A stretch of DNA of 64,000 nt from Chiloscyllium plagiosum (lineage: Eukaryota), in contig NC_057720.1 in NCBI RefSeq assembly GCF_004010195.1, positions 31,270,150-31,334,149 of the forward strand. Reading direction: 5' to 3'. Made by a program: the position numbers and the translations under genes. Under the pieces are notes generated by a model. That model was not told where the DNA came from and ran no database searches. It saw only the letters and a program-made list of their open reading frames with translations. Positions 49,046 through 60,959 of this stretch are shown piece after piece; position 1 is the stretch's first letter; each line of letters begins with the position of its first letter.

Positions 49046-49744
49046 ACAATAAATCAAACTATAAAACAATCAAAAAAAAAAGGAAAATGTTGGAAGGACT
49101 CAGCAGGCCAGGATGCTTCTGTGATAAGAAAAAGAAGGTAACTGAGCTGAATTTTCTATAAGCTTTGAAACTCTTACTCTGGGGCCAAATGGGATCCCAA
49201 GCTCACATTTACAGGCAGTGAGACCAGCTTTGCGATCTTCAAGAAGGCTCCTTTTTGCCTGCCTCTGTGCTCTGTGCTATTGTAGGTTGGTAGGCACACC
49301 CTTGGTGTTTTCAGGACATCCAGCTCTGGAACCTCAACTGAGCGACTGGGAGAGGTGTGTGCTGCTGAATGAAGTAAGCGTTCAACAGGCTGCCTCAACA
49401 CATAGCCTGAACTGGAAGCACGGAAACAACTTAAAAGTTATGATAGCCAAAGCTACTAGGCCGATTGAAGGAGAGGGGAAACCACTCTAGATGTGTGTGA
49501 GTGACAGGAATGGCTTTTCCTGCTCATAACTCAGTCAATGAGGCATGGAGCCTATTCCAAAGGTCACCACCCACCCTACCTCAGGGAGGCTGCCTTCATT
49601 GAATTGGCAGCTTTTCATAAACAATATGCACTGTTGTCATTTGTCCCCAAGGCTAAAGCAAGTGATTTTTTTTTCTCTAATGGATGAAATGCCAAATAAG
49701 CAGACCTCATAATTGGGTTTGCAGCTGTACCAATTGAGTCACAT

Positions 49745-51940
49745 GGGAAATATTTCATCACAATCTTGACCTGTGCCTTGCAGATAGTGAACAGGTTTTG
49801 GGAATTCAGGGATGAACCAGTCACCACAGAAAACACAACCTTTGACCTGCTCTGGGAGTCTTGTCATTTATGGGGCCAGTCAAGTTGAATTTCTGGCCAA
49901 TTTTTAAAAATTCATTTGTGGGACTTGGGCGTTGCTGGCTGGCCAGCATTGATAGCCCATCCCTATTTGCCCTTGAGAAGGTGACGGTGAACTTCCTTCT
50001 TAAATCACTGCAGTCCACTTGCTGTGGGTTGACCCACAATGCCAGTAGGGAGGGAATTCCAGGATTTTGATCCAATGACTGTGAAGGAACAGCTGTATAT
50101 TTCCAAGTCAGGGTGGTGAGTTGCTTGGAGGGGAACTTGCAGGTGGTGGTGTTCCCAAGTACCTGCTACCCTTGTCCTTCTAGATGGAAGTGGTCGTGGG
50201 TTTGGAAGGTGCTGTCTAAGGATCTTTTGCAAATTTCTGCGGTGCATCTTATAGATCATACACTGAGTGCCGGTGGTGGATGGATTGAATGTTTATAGAT
50301 GTGGTGCAATCAACAGGTTGCTAAGCTTCTTGAATGTTATTGGACTTCACCCATCCAGGCAAATGGGGTGTATTTCATCACACTCCTGACTTGTGCCTTG
50401 TAGATGGTGGATGGACTTTGGGGTGTCAGGAGCTGAATTACTCACTGCAGTATCCTAGTCTCTGACTTGCTTTTGTAGCCATTGTGTTTACATAGTGAGT
50501 TCAGTTGAGTTTCTGGTGAATGATAACACCAAGGATGTTGACAATGGGGGATTCGGTGATGATAATACTGTTAAATGTCAAGGGGCAGTGGTCAGAGTGT
50601 CTCTTATTGGTGATGGTCTTTGTCTGGCATTTGTGTGGTGCCACTTGTCGTCCCAAGCCTGGATATTGTTCAGATCTTGTTGCATTTGGGCACGGACTGC
50701 TTCAGTATCTGAGGAGTCACGAATGGCGCTGAACACTGTGCAATCATTGGTGAATATCCCCACTTCTGACCTTATGACAGAGGGAAGGTCATTGATGAAG
50801 CAGCTGAAGATTGTTGGGCCTTGGACACTACCTGAGGGACTCTTGCAGAGATGTCCTGGAGCTGAGATGACTGACCCTCAACAACCATAACCATCTTCCT
50901 TTCTGCCAGGTATGACTCTAACCAGTGGAGTGTTTGCCCCCTGATATCCATTGATTCCAGTTTTGCCAGGTCTCCTTGATGCCACACTCAGTCAGATGCA
51001 GCCTTGTTGTCAAGGTCTGTCACTCTCGCCTGTGGAATTCAGCTCTTTTGTTCATGTTTGAACCAAGGCCGTAATGAGATAAGGAGCTGGGTGACCCTGG
51101 TGAAACCCAAACTGGGTGTCACTGAGCAGGTTGTTGCTGAGCAGAGAGTGCTGATAGCATTGTCAATTACTCCTTCCATCACTTTACTGATGATGGAGAG
51201 TAGACTGATTGGGCAGTAATTGGCTGGGTTGAATTTGTCCTGCTTTTTGTGTACAGGACTTACTTGGGCAATTTTCCACATTGTCCGGTAGATGCCAGTG
51301 TTGTAACTGTACTGAAGAACTTGGCTAGTGGACCCGCAAGTTCAGAAGAACGCATCTTCAGTACTATTGTTGGAATGTTATCAGGGCCCATTGCCTTTGC
51401 AATATCCAGTGCATCCAGTCATTTCTTGACATCACATGGAGTGAATCGAATTGGCTGGAGACTGGTCTCTGTGATGCTGGAGACCACTGAAGGAACCCAA
51501 GATGGATCAACCACTCAGCACTTCTGACGGAAGATTTTGCAAATGCATCAGCCTTATCTTTTGCACTGATGTGCTGGGCTTCTCCATCATTGAGGATGGG
51601 GATATTTGTGGAGCCTCCTCCTCCACTGGGTTGCTTAATTGTCCACCACCATTTACGACTGGATGTGGAAGGACTGCAGAGCTTAGATGTAATCCGTTGG
51701 TTGTGGGATCATTTAGCTCCACCTGTCAGTTGTTGTTTATGTCATTTGACCTGCAAGTAAGTCCTGTTTGGTAGCTTCAGCAGGTTGACACTTCATTTTT
51801 AGGTATGCCTGATACTGCTCCTGGCATGCCCTCCTACACTCTCTATTGAACCAGGCTTGATGGTAATGGTCGAGTGGGGCATATGCCAGACCATGAGGTT
51901 GCAGATTTTGCTGGAGTACAGTTTTGCTGCTGTTGGCCCC
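49745..51940 (-). mobile_element. CR1-group/jockey-like LINE (RT + 3' UTR), decayed
   Basis: MWKIAQVSPVHKKQDKFNPANYCPISLLSIISKVMEG, WHQGDLAKLESMDIRG, QQDLNNIQAWDDKW. Confidence 0.9.
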
Positions 51941-52779
51941 TAGAATATTGCGTGTGGGGAATTCAATAATTATAATATGGCAAACTTTGTTTTATTCGGC
52001 ATCTTATCAACCAGCACGCTTGATAAACCGACAAAAATTATAACCTTAACTACCACAGTCTACCATGGTGTCTAAGTATTTGTGCTGTAAATAAAGTAGA
52101 AGAGGAATGTGTATACCCCCTTGCATTACGTCTCTATTACTTTCAGTGTGATTTTACATTGATTGCAAGAGTTATGTTGATGTTTTTACATGGATTTTTT
52201 TGAGGGTTGTTGATGTATTGAAGCTTCACTTGGGCACTGTATCTCTTGATTATCTGGAATATTTGATCAATTGTGCACTCCTCGTCCCATAGGCACTGGA
52301 TAATAAAGGGTTTGTTGTATTATTGGATGTCATAAGTGGGAATTAGAGTTTCTGCTATTGGAGGTAGACATTGTCGGACATATGTCACACAATCGGTTTT
52401 ACCTATACAACGTGTTACCTGCATTCTGACTGAATTTTTATAACAGCATAGAACAGATTCAATGGGAGATTGTGAAATTGGCTAAGAAAGGCATAAGCTA
52501 ATGACATTTCCCCTAATGGATTGCGTATGTAGGTTGTAACTTATCCAGAATATTTTATTTATACCATGATTTTACAGATAAAATTAAACATGGAACAGGA
52601 ATAAATAGATGCCTGTTGAAGTAATATTCAAAATCAAAACCTACTTACGATAATCTTTCACCTAATTAATTTTAAGTTGCAGAGGGGATTTATTTGATGT
52701 CCTCCATATTCCTCTTTGTGCATTTTGCAATGCTTTGACTCTTTCTAAGTGAAGACAGTTAACTGGATACCTAGTCCTG

Positions 52780-53660
52780 GAAAAGGCTTTCACTCTGAAC
52801 GTACTGGACATTGATGCGACGGTCAAGAAAGCATGACAATGGCTCTACTTTTTCAGGACTCTAAGGAAATTTGGCATATCTGTAAAGTTTCTTAACAATT
52901 TTTGTAGATGCACCATAGAGAGCGTTCTATCCAGATGCATCACGGCTTGGTATGGTACTTGCTCTGCCTGAGATTATAAGAAACCAGAGATGGAAATGTG
53001 TTGCTGGAAAAGCGCAGCAGGTCAGGCAGCATCAGTCTGTGAGAGTGTTGTCCTGAGCTGGGGTAGGTCGAGTTGCAGGGAATGTAGATAGCGGCGCATG
53101 GCTGCAAGCGTGGAGCGGAGGATCCGGAGGGACGTCTGTTGCTGGAGGCTTCGGATTTGTTGTAGGTACTGGTTGTCCTGGTTGATGCTGCCTGACCTGC
53201 TGCGCTTTTCCAGCAACACATTTCCATCTCTGATCTCCAGCATCTGCAGACCTCACTTTCTCCATTATAAGAAACCAACATAGCCCAGTCCATCACACAA
53301 ACCAATGCTCTGTCCATTGACTCCATCTCTACTTCTCACTGTCTCAGGCAGCCAACCTTATCAAAGACCGTCCCATCCTGGTTATGATGGCTTCTAACCT
53401 CTTCTTTCGATACAAAAACACAAGTTACAACAGATTCAAGAACAGTTTCTTTCCTGCTGTTATTAGACTTCTGAATGAACCCCATAAATTTCAAATTTAA
53501 TGTTGATCTCGCACTTTGTACACTTTCTCTGTAGCTGTAACATCGTACCCTTCACTCTTTGCAATACCCTTGTGAACTTTGTATGGTACAGTCTGTCTGT
53601 ACTGCACGCAAAACAAATCTTTTCACTGTATGTAGGCACATGTGACAATAATAAATTTTT
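52780..53660 (+). mobile_element. Rex1/Babar-like LINE 3' fragment, interrupted by a PLE insert
   Basis: ggtcaagaaagca...ctctactttttcaggactctaaggaaatttggc, agattcaagaacagtttctttcctgctg, tgtgacaataataaa tail. Confidence 0.85.
52987..53264. mobile_element. PLE-derived insert: perfect inverted repeats around a piece of coding-like sequence
   Basis: gagatggaaatgtgttgctggaaaagcgcagcaggtcaggcagcatc and its exact inverse. TSD attataagaaacca at 52973 and 53265. Confidence 0.85.
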
Positions 53661-54089
53661 AAAAACTCCTTCACACATGATTTAGAATGCCTTATAGTGA
53701 TAGTAAATTGAAGACCCAACAACTTAACTGCAACCTCTGCGTGATATTTCCTAACAAGTTTTTTCTGCTTTACCTCTCAGATTGACCATAGAACGTGCTC
53801 AAAAATAGAAATTTGTAACCAGTTAAGGGAAAATCTGTAAGTGCAGTTGATGTTTGATTCAAAAACAGATCCTGAAGCGTGTGAACCCCATTAAATTTAT
53901 GTTCCAAAAAACATTTGAAACAGAAAATGACACACTCCTGTTTTAAATCCTGTCGCGTGTGGATTTACAATTTGGGAAGATCCATTTACTGCGGTCAAAA
54001 ATAGTAAAGGTTTTACCATGATCCTTTAATGGTGAAATTCTAATGAACTCTGGAACTCTTAATTTCATTCCAATGCAAGCTGACTGCGG

Positions 54090-54960
54090 CAAAGTAAAGA
54101 CCACATCTAAGTACTGGTTCTATTGCTCCAGTCAGCAAGTCAGCAGTTGCCAATGGTTTCCCAGTCTGGAAGTGTGCACTTCCAGAAACTCTCCCTCCTA
54201 ATCACAACAACTGAGAGCTTTTTTTAACAGAAGTCTTCTTGGCAATGTGACTGGGCTTACATCCCACTTACAAAACACAAGGCTCCTTTTAAACTTTCCT
54301 GATATGCTGTTTTTCTCTGTCTGAGGGTCTCAATGAAAGAACAAATGTGTGCATTCATAGCCACAAGGCTAAACAACCCCCGCCTGTGCTGCATTACATC
54401 ATGTTGAAGGGGATTAATAGCTTGAAAGCCTGTGACCCCCTGAGCTTACTGGTATTATTAAAGAATTAGGGAGACCCTTCCTGTTTTTAACTCACACTCT
54501 CATAAATCTGATCTCCTAAATGAGACTGTGATACACTAACAGTCTGAAGAGCAATTTCGTAAAATATTGTCTCCCTGATTCCTGCTTCTCTCAAATCACC
54601 ATGGTTCAATGTTGACATTTGTATAATGCAGTCATCTTGAATCATTGCATGTCTCCTATAGAAAGATTATTGAAGGAGCAATATTTTAAAACTACATCTC
54701 CCATAATTCATGTTTTAGACCTCTTCCTTTCCTGCTGCACTGGGACACTGACATTAGTGCGTCTGTCTGCACCCCACCGCCCCACCTCCCGCCCACTGTG
54801 ATGAAGTGAAATAATTAATAGCCATTGCGTTTTCTGTCTAACACATGTACAGCTCCTGTAAAGTTCCTCTATATCACTTTTTGCACCACGCAATACATCA
54901 CAAAATGTCTCCCCCAACTCTACAGTCATGAGAGTTGGGGAGGTGGAAAATGAGTCATGT
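54090..54960. promoter_or_regulatory. Candidate enhancer/promoter in a repeat-poor island
   Basis: Inverted ETS-core pair tctGGAAGTg-tg-cACTTCCaga (54165-54186), RUNX-like GACCACA (about 54099), GC boxes (54772-54794), GGAAAA-TGAGTCA (54945-54957). Motifs only. Confidence 0.3.
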
Positions 54961-55804
54961 CAATGAATCAAATTGTTCACTCACAGTTTTGGACATGAAG
55001 CTGCTCAATGTTCCTGACATACTCTGGATTGATCAGTCCCTGTGTCTCACTCAGTCTTTGTTTTCTGGTGCGCTTCTTCAGCCTTCTTTGCTTTTGTGAC
55101 AGCTGGTGTTTGGATCTGTTTCTCGTCCTTTAAATTTTTTTATTGTTTATAAGCAATAAAGAGAAATGTGAGCAAGAGCGCTTGTGGACAGGAGTAAACA
55201 ATTTTTGGAAAACTAATGGGGAACACTGCAGAGGCAAATATCACCAGTGTTTCATAGTAAGGAGTTATAGCAGTAAATGCAATATTGTCATCTATATTGG
55301 ACACTTTACTTGATGGTTATGATGTGCTAGAATATGGACAAACCTGTACAAAATATACAAAGGAGATTTTAAAGTGTATTTATGAAGTACCCTGTAAGTT
55401 AGTCTGTAATCAATATCTGTGATTGCAAACAAAGGAAAGCATTTAATGGAACCATTATTAATAACGAGTCATTTATAACCTTAGCGTTTTTAACTGTTCT
55501 GAGTTTTACAAGATTTTGCTGTGGCTTCACAAAACAAGATGACAATATTGGTACAGTTATAAGTTTAAAACTAGCTATTGGCAGTCAGCAGGACACAATC
55601 AGGGATATTTTTGTCATTGAAATAAATAAAGGAACATTGAGGAGCTTCATTATTATTAAGGATGTTATAGCAGGGCTCTTCGACAAGTTCAGGTAAATCA
55701 GACAGAGTCAACGCGTTTTCATGAAGGGGAACTCAATTCAAAGCAATCTGCTGGACATCACTGAAGAAGTGACAGGTGATGTGGATAAGGCAAAACTGGT
55801 GGAT

Positions 55805-56048
55805 TTTTAGATTAGATTCCCTACAGTATGGAAATAGGCCCTTCGGCCCAACCAGTCCACACCGACCCTCCGAAGAGTAACCCACCCAGACCCATTTCCC
55901 TCTGACTAATGCACCTAAAACTATGGGCAATTTAGCATGGCCAATTCACCTGACCTGCACATCTTTGGATTGTGGGAAGAAACTGGAGCACCCGGAGGAA
56001 ACCCACGCAGACACGGGGAGAATGTGCAAACTCCACACAGTCGCCCGA
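55805..56048 (-). mobile_element. HE1/V-SINE-like SINE (5'-truncated) inside an old CR1 fragment (about 55640-56120)
   Basis: ttagattagattccctacagtatggaaa...gagaatgtgcaaactccacacagtcgcccga. Confidence 0.9.
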
Positions 56049-56289
56049 GATGCTGTACTTAGATTTCTAGAAGACAGTCAATAAAACATAATGTCAAAGG
56101 TTAATTCAGAAAATAAAAGCTTAAAACATGGCTTAAAGGAGACTAAAAGTTGAAGATATTCAGAGAAGAAGTCGAACTCAGTTGCTGAGTGAGCCTGAAC
56201 ACAAGTGACATGTGCCAGCTGAAACCCAATGACTGAAGCGATGTTGAATTAATTTGAAATTTGTCACTACCCTCTACCTATCCCAGGAG

Positions 56290-56503
56290 ATGAAATGGAA
56301 GCTGTGGTCCTCACCAATGAACCACCACAGACCCTATCAAAAAAGACTCAGATCAAACAATGTTGTGTCATTGTAACAATCTTTTTCTCCACCTTCTTTA
56401 CTGAACAGCTGCAAACCATCTCCAGCAAATTGCCCACAGGCATGGAAATAATCTACTGAACAACAGGAAACTGTTTAAGCTGCATTACCTTCAATTCAGA
56501 ACT
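56290..56503 (+). mobile_element. RTE-clade LINE RT fragment, old
   Basis: TQIKQCCVIVTIFFSTFF...SKLPTGMEIIY*...GKLFKL resembles the RTE GVKQGCVIAPTLFS...YRT.GKLFNL segment. Confidence 0.6.
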
Positions 56504-56506
56504 CCT

Positions 56507-57333
56507 AGAACAGAGAACATTAGAACATAGAACATTACAGCGCAGTACAGGCCCTTCGGCCCTCGATGTTGCGCCGACCTGTGAAACTAATCTGAAACCC
56601 ATCTAACCTAAACTATTCCATTCTCATCCAAATGCCTATCCAATGACAACTTAAATGCTCTTAAAGTTGGTGAGTGTACTACTGTTGCAGGCAGTGCATT
56701 CCATGCCCCTACTAATCTCTGAATAAAGAAACTACTTCTGACATCTGTCCTATATCTATCATCCCTCAATTTAAAGCTATGTCCCCTCATGCTAGCCATC
56801 ACCATCTGAGGAAAAAGGCTCTCCCTGTCCAACCTATCTAACTCTCTGACTATCTTATATGTCTCAATTAAGCCACCTCTCAACCTTCTTTTCTCTAAGG
56901 AAAACAGCCTCAAGTCCCTCAGCCTTTCTTCATAAGACCTTCCCTCCATACCAGGTAACCTTCTAGTAAATCTCCTCTGAACCCTTTCCAAAGCTTGCAC
57001 ATCCTTCCTATAATGCAGTGACCAGAACTGTATGTAATACTCCAAGTTGCTGCTGTACCAGAGTTTTGTATAGCTGAAGCATGACCTCATGGTTCCAAAA
57101 CTCAACCCCCACTCCCAGTAAAAGCTAACACACCATATGCCTTCTTAACAAACCTATCAACCTGGGTGTCAATATTCAAGGATCTATGTACCTGGACACT
57201 GAGATATCTCTACTCATTGACACTACCAAGAATCTGAACATTAGCCCAGTATTCTGCATTCCTTTTACTCCTTCCAAAGTGAATCACCTCACAACTTTCC
57301 ACATTAAACTCCATTTGCCACCTCTCAGCCCAG
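56507..57333 (-). mobile_element. CR1 3' fragment
   Basis: LEYYIQFWSLHYRKDVQALERVQRRFTRRLPG...FFIQRLVGAWNALP. (agaacat)n tail. Confidence 0.95.
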
Positions 57334-57479
57334 ACTTACTTTAGTTAATGAGGACCTCGCTGCTACTACACACCTTATACATTAAGGCAATGCATTATTT
57401 TATCTCCTGTTTTAAATGAGATGACATAATAATTGAGTATGTTGATAAATGGGCATTAGTTGGGTGAATCATGATAATG

Positions 57480-57693
57480 TGTTGCTGGAAAAGCGCAGCA
57501 GGTCAGGCAGCATCCAAGGAACAGGAGAATCGACGTTTCGGGCATAAGCCCTTCTTTCCTCATTCCTGAAGAAGGGCTTATGCCCGAAACGTCGATTCTC
57601 CTGTTCCTTGGATGCTGCCTGACCTGCTGCGCTTTTCCAGCAACACATTTTCAGCTCTGATCTCCAGCGTCTGCAGCCCTCACTTTCTCTCTC
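57480..57693. mobile_element. PLE terminal-repeat insert, long perfect palindrome
   Basis: About 80-bp arms (tgtgttgctggaaaag...gcccttctt / aagaagggc...ccagcaacaca). TSD tgaatcatgataatg at 57465 and 57694. Confidence 0.9.
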
Positions 57694-57739
57694 TGAATCA
57701 TGATAATGCCAATAGTATGCATTCAATTCCCATACCAGA

Positions 57740-60720
57740 TTGAGGCAGACTTGATTAGAGAGCTTAAAGAAAAGGAACCACTCGGAAGCAGTGACCATAA
57801 TATGATGGAATTCATTTTGCAGTTTGAGAGGGAGAAGCAGAATCAGATGCAATCATTATCCAATTGTGTAAAGGTAACTACAAAAACATGAGGGAGGAGC
57901 TGGCCAGAGTTAATTGGAAGGAGACAAGATTAGAGTGTTGCTGGAAAAGCACAGCATGTCAGGCAGCATCCGAGGAACAGGAAAATCGACATTTCGGGAT
58001 CAGGAATGAGGCAGGGAGCCTCCTGGGTGGAGAGATAAATGGGGAGGGGGGGTGCTGGGGATAAGGTAGCTAAGAGTTCAATAGGTGAATGGGGGTGGGG
58101 ATGGAGGTGATAGATCAGAGAGGGGGGTGGAGCGGATGGGTGGGTAGGGAGATTGTCAGGTAGGACAGGTCATAAGGACAGTACTGAGCTGGAAGGTTGG
58201 AACTGAGAGAGGGGAAATGAGGAAACTAGTGAAGCCCACATTGATGCCCTGAGGTTGAAGGGTCCCGAGGTGGAAGATGAGGCGTTTTCCTCCAGGTGTC
58301 GGGTGGTGAGAGAGTGGTGGTGGAGGAGGCCTAGGGCCTCGTCAGAGTGGAAGCAGGAGTTGAAATGTTGGGCCACGGCACAGTGGGGTTGATTGGTGCG
58401 GGTGTCCCAGAGATTCCCTAAAGCACTCTGCGAGAAGGCGTCCAGTCTTCCCAATGTAAAAGAGACCGCATCAAGAGCAAAGGATACAATAAATGACATT
58501 TGTGGATGTGCAGGTGAAACTTTGATGGATGTGGAAGGCTCCCTTGGGGTCTTGGATGGAGGTGAGGGAGGAGGTATGGGCGAAGGTTTTGCAATTCCTG
58601 CGGTGGCAGGGGAGGGTGCCAGGAAGGGAGGGTGGGTTGTTGGGGGGCGTGGACCTGACCAGGTAGTCATGGAGGGAATGGTCTTTGCGGAAAGTGGATA
58701 GAGGTGGAGGGAAATATATCCCTGGTGGTGGAGTCCATTTGGAGGTGGCAGAAATGTCGGCAGATGATGCAGTTTATGCAAAGGTTGGTAGGGTGGAAGG
58801 TGAGGACCAGGGGTGGGTTCTGTCCTTGTTGCGTTTGGAGGGGTGGGGTTTGAGGACGGAAGTGCAGGATGTGGATGAAATGCGTTGGAGGACATCTTCA
58901 ACCATGTGGGAAGGAAAATTACGGTCTTTAAAGAAGGAGGCCATCTGGTGTGTTCTGTGGTGGAACTGGTCCTCCTGGGAGCAGATATGGCAGAGGCGGA
59001 GGAATTGTGAATACTCACTTTCGTCTAATTGGAAGGAGAGCCTGGTAAGGAAGACGGTGGAGCAGCAATGGCAGGAAGGTTTCAGGGAATTCAGGAGGTA
59101 CAGCCAAAATTTATGTCAAGGAAGAAGAAAGATACTGGGGGGAGACGAGGCAAAACATGGCTGTCAAGGAAAGTCAGGGACATCATAAAAGCAAAAGAAA
59201 TAGCATACAATGTGGTGTAAAATAGTGGGGAGCCTTTAAAAACCAGCAGAGGGCAACTATAAAAGCAACAAGGAGAAGATGAAATATGAGGGTAAACTAG
59301 TGAGAGGATTGCATGAGTTTCTTTACATATGTGAAACGATAAGAAAGAGGCAAGAGTGGACATTGAACTGCTGGAAGAAAAGGCTGCAGTTGTAGTAATG
59401 GAGACCAAAACAAATGGTGCAATTATAAGGATTATTGTGAAACTTGAAAGGATTCAGAAAAGGTTTACAATCATGTTGCCAGGATTGGAGGATTTGAGCT
59501 ATAGGGAGAAGCTGAATAGGCTGGGGCTGTTTTCTCTGGAACGTCGGAGGCTGAGGGGTAACCTTATAGAGGTTTATAAAATCATGACGGACATGATAGG
59601 ATAAATAGACAAGGTATTTTCTCTGGGTTGGGGGAGTCCAGAACTAGACGGCATAGGAGGTGAGAGGGGAAAGATTTAAACGGAACCTTCGTTTCACGCA
59701 GAGTGTGGTGTGTGTATGGAATGAGTTGCCAAAGGAAGTGTTGGAGGCTGGTACAATTACAACATTTAAAAGGCATCTGGATGGGTATATGAATAGGAAG
59801 GGTTTAGAGGGATATGGGCCAAGTGCTGGCAAAAATGACTAGATTAGTTTGGAATACCTGGTCAGCATGGATGAGTTGGACTGAAGGGCCTGTTTCAATG
59901 CTATACATCTCTATGACTCTATGACTATAGTTGAATAGGTACTTTGCGGTCTTCACAGTGGAAGACACCAGTAGAATACCAGTACCAGAATCAGGGTGCA
60001 GAAGTAAATGTAGTGGCCATCATTAAGGAGAGGTGCTGGGTAAACTGAAAGGTCTGAAGGTGGATAAATCACACAGATCAGATGGTCCACATCCCAGCGC
60101 TTTGAAGGAAATGGTTGAAGAGATTATAGAGGTATTAGTGGTGATCTTTTAGGAATCAGTGGAGTCAGGGAGCGTCCCGGTGGACGAGAAAAAGGCTAAT
60201 GTAACACCCCTGTTTAAGAAAGGAGGGAGGCAGAAGACAGAAAGTTATAGGCCTGTTAGCCTGATCTCAGTTTTGGGAAGATTTTAGAGTCCATTATTAA
60301 TGATGAGATTGCAGAGTACTTGGTAGTTCATAGTAAAATAGGATTGAGTTAGCATGGCTTCCTCAAGGGGAGGTCATGCCTGACAATTCTGTTAGAATTC
60401 TTTGAGAAGGTAATGAGCAAGTCTGACAAAGGTGATCAATGAAAGTGATTTGGATTTCCAGAAGACCTTTGACAAGGTGCCACATAGGAGGCTGCTAAAT
60501 AAGATGAGTCCACAATGTTAGGGGGTAAAGTATTGGCACGGATAGAGGATTGGTTAACTGGCAGAAGGCAGAGAGTCGTTTTCAGAATGCCAACCAATGT
60601 CTATTTGAGATCTGCAGGGGTCAGTGTTGAGACCACAACTATTCACATTAACCTTCTAGATGAAGGAACTGAGGGCATTCTTGCTAAGTTTGCAGATAAC
60701 ACAAAGTGGGTGGAGGGAGA
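57740..60720 (+). mobile_element. Long decayed CR1 ORF2 (endonuclease end to RT), interrupted by a PLE (57925-59010) and a CR1 3' end (about 59430-59925)
   Basis: EPLGSSDHNMMEFILQFE, ELARVNW, LNRYFA-like ttgaataggtactttgc, ANVTPLFKKG, AKFADNTK. Confidence 0.85.
57925..59010 (-). mobile_element. Penelope-like element 3' part
   Basis: Reverse homologue of 13250-14380 (caattcctccgcctctgcc..., LWDTRTNQPHCAVAQHFN). Confidence 0.92.
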
Positions 60721-60745
60721 GTGTTGGGGAAATGGGGGAAACTGT

Positions 60746-60952
60746 TGAGAGTGTGGTGCTGGAGAAGCACAGCCAGCCAGACAACATCAAGGAGCAGGAG
60801 AATCAACATTTCAAGTATAAGTTCTTCATCAGGAAACTTTCTGATGAAGGGCTTATGCCCGAAACATCAATTCTCCTGCTACCTGACCTGTTGTGCTTTT
60901 CCAGCACCACACTCTCAACTCTGATCTCCAGCATCTGCAGTCATCACTTTTT
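60746..60952. mobile_element. PLE terminal-repeat insert, inverted
   Basis: gttgagagtgtggtgctgg ... ctgatgaagggcttatgcccgaaac ... ccagcaccacactctcaac. Confidence 0.85.
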
Positions 60953-60959
60953 CCCATAA

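Noticed and set aside
58170..59018. 282-aa Pro/Ser/Thr-rich ORF (and similar ORFs at 12624, 13592, 22800)
   Set aside because: These are alternative frames of C-rich Penelope sequence, not host genes.
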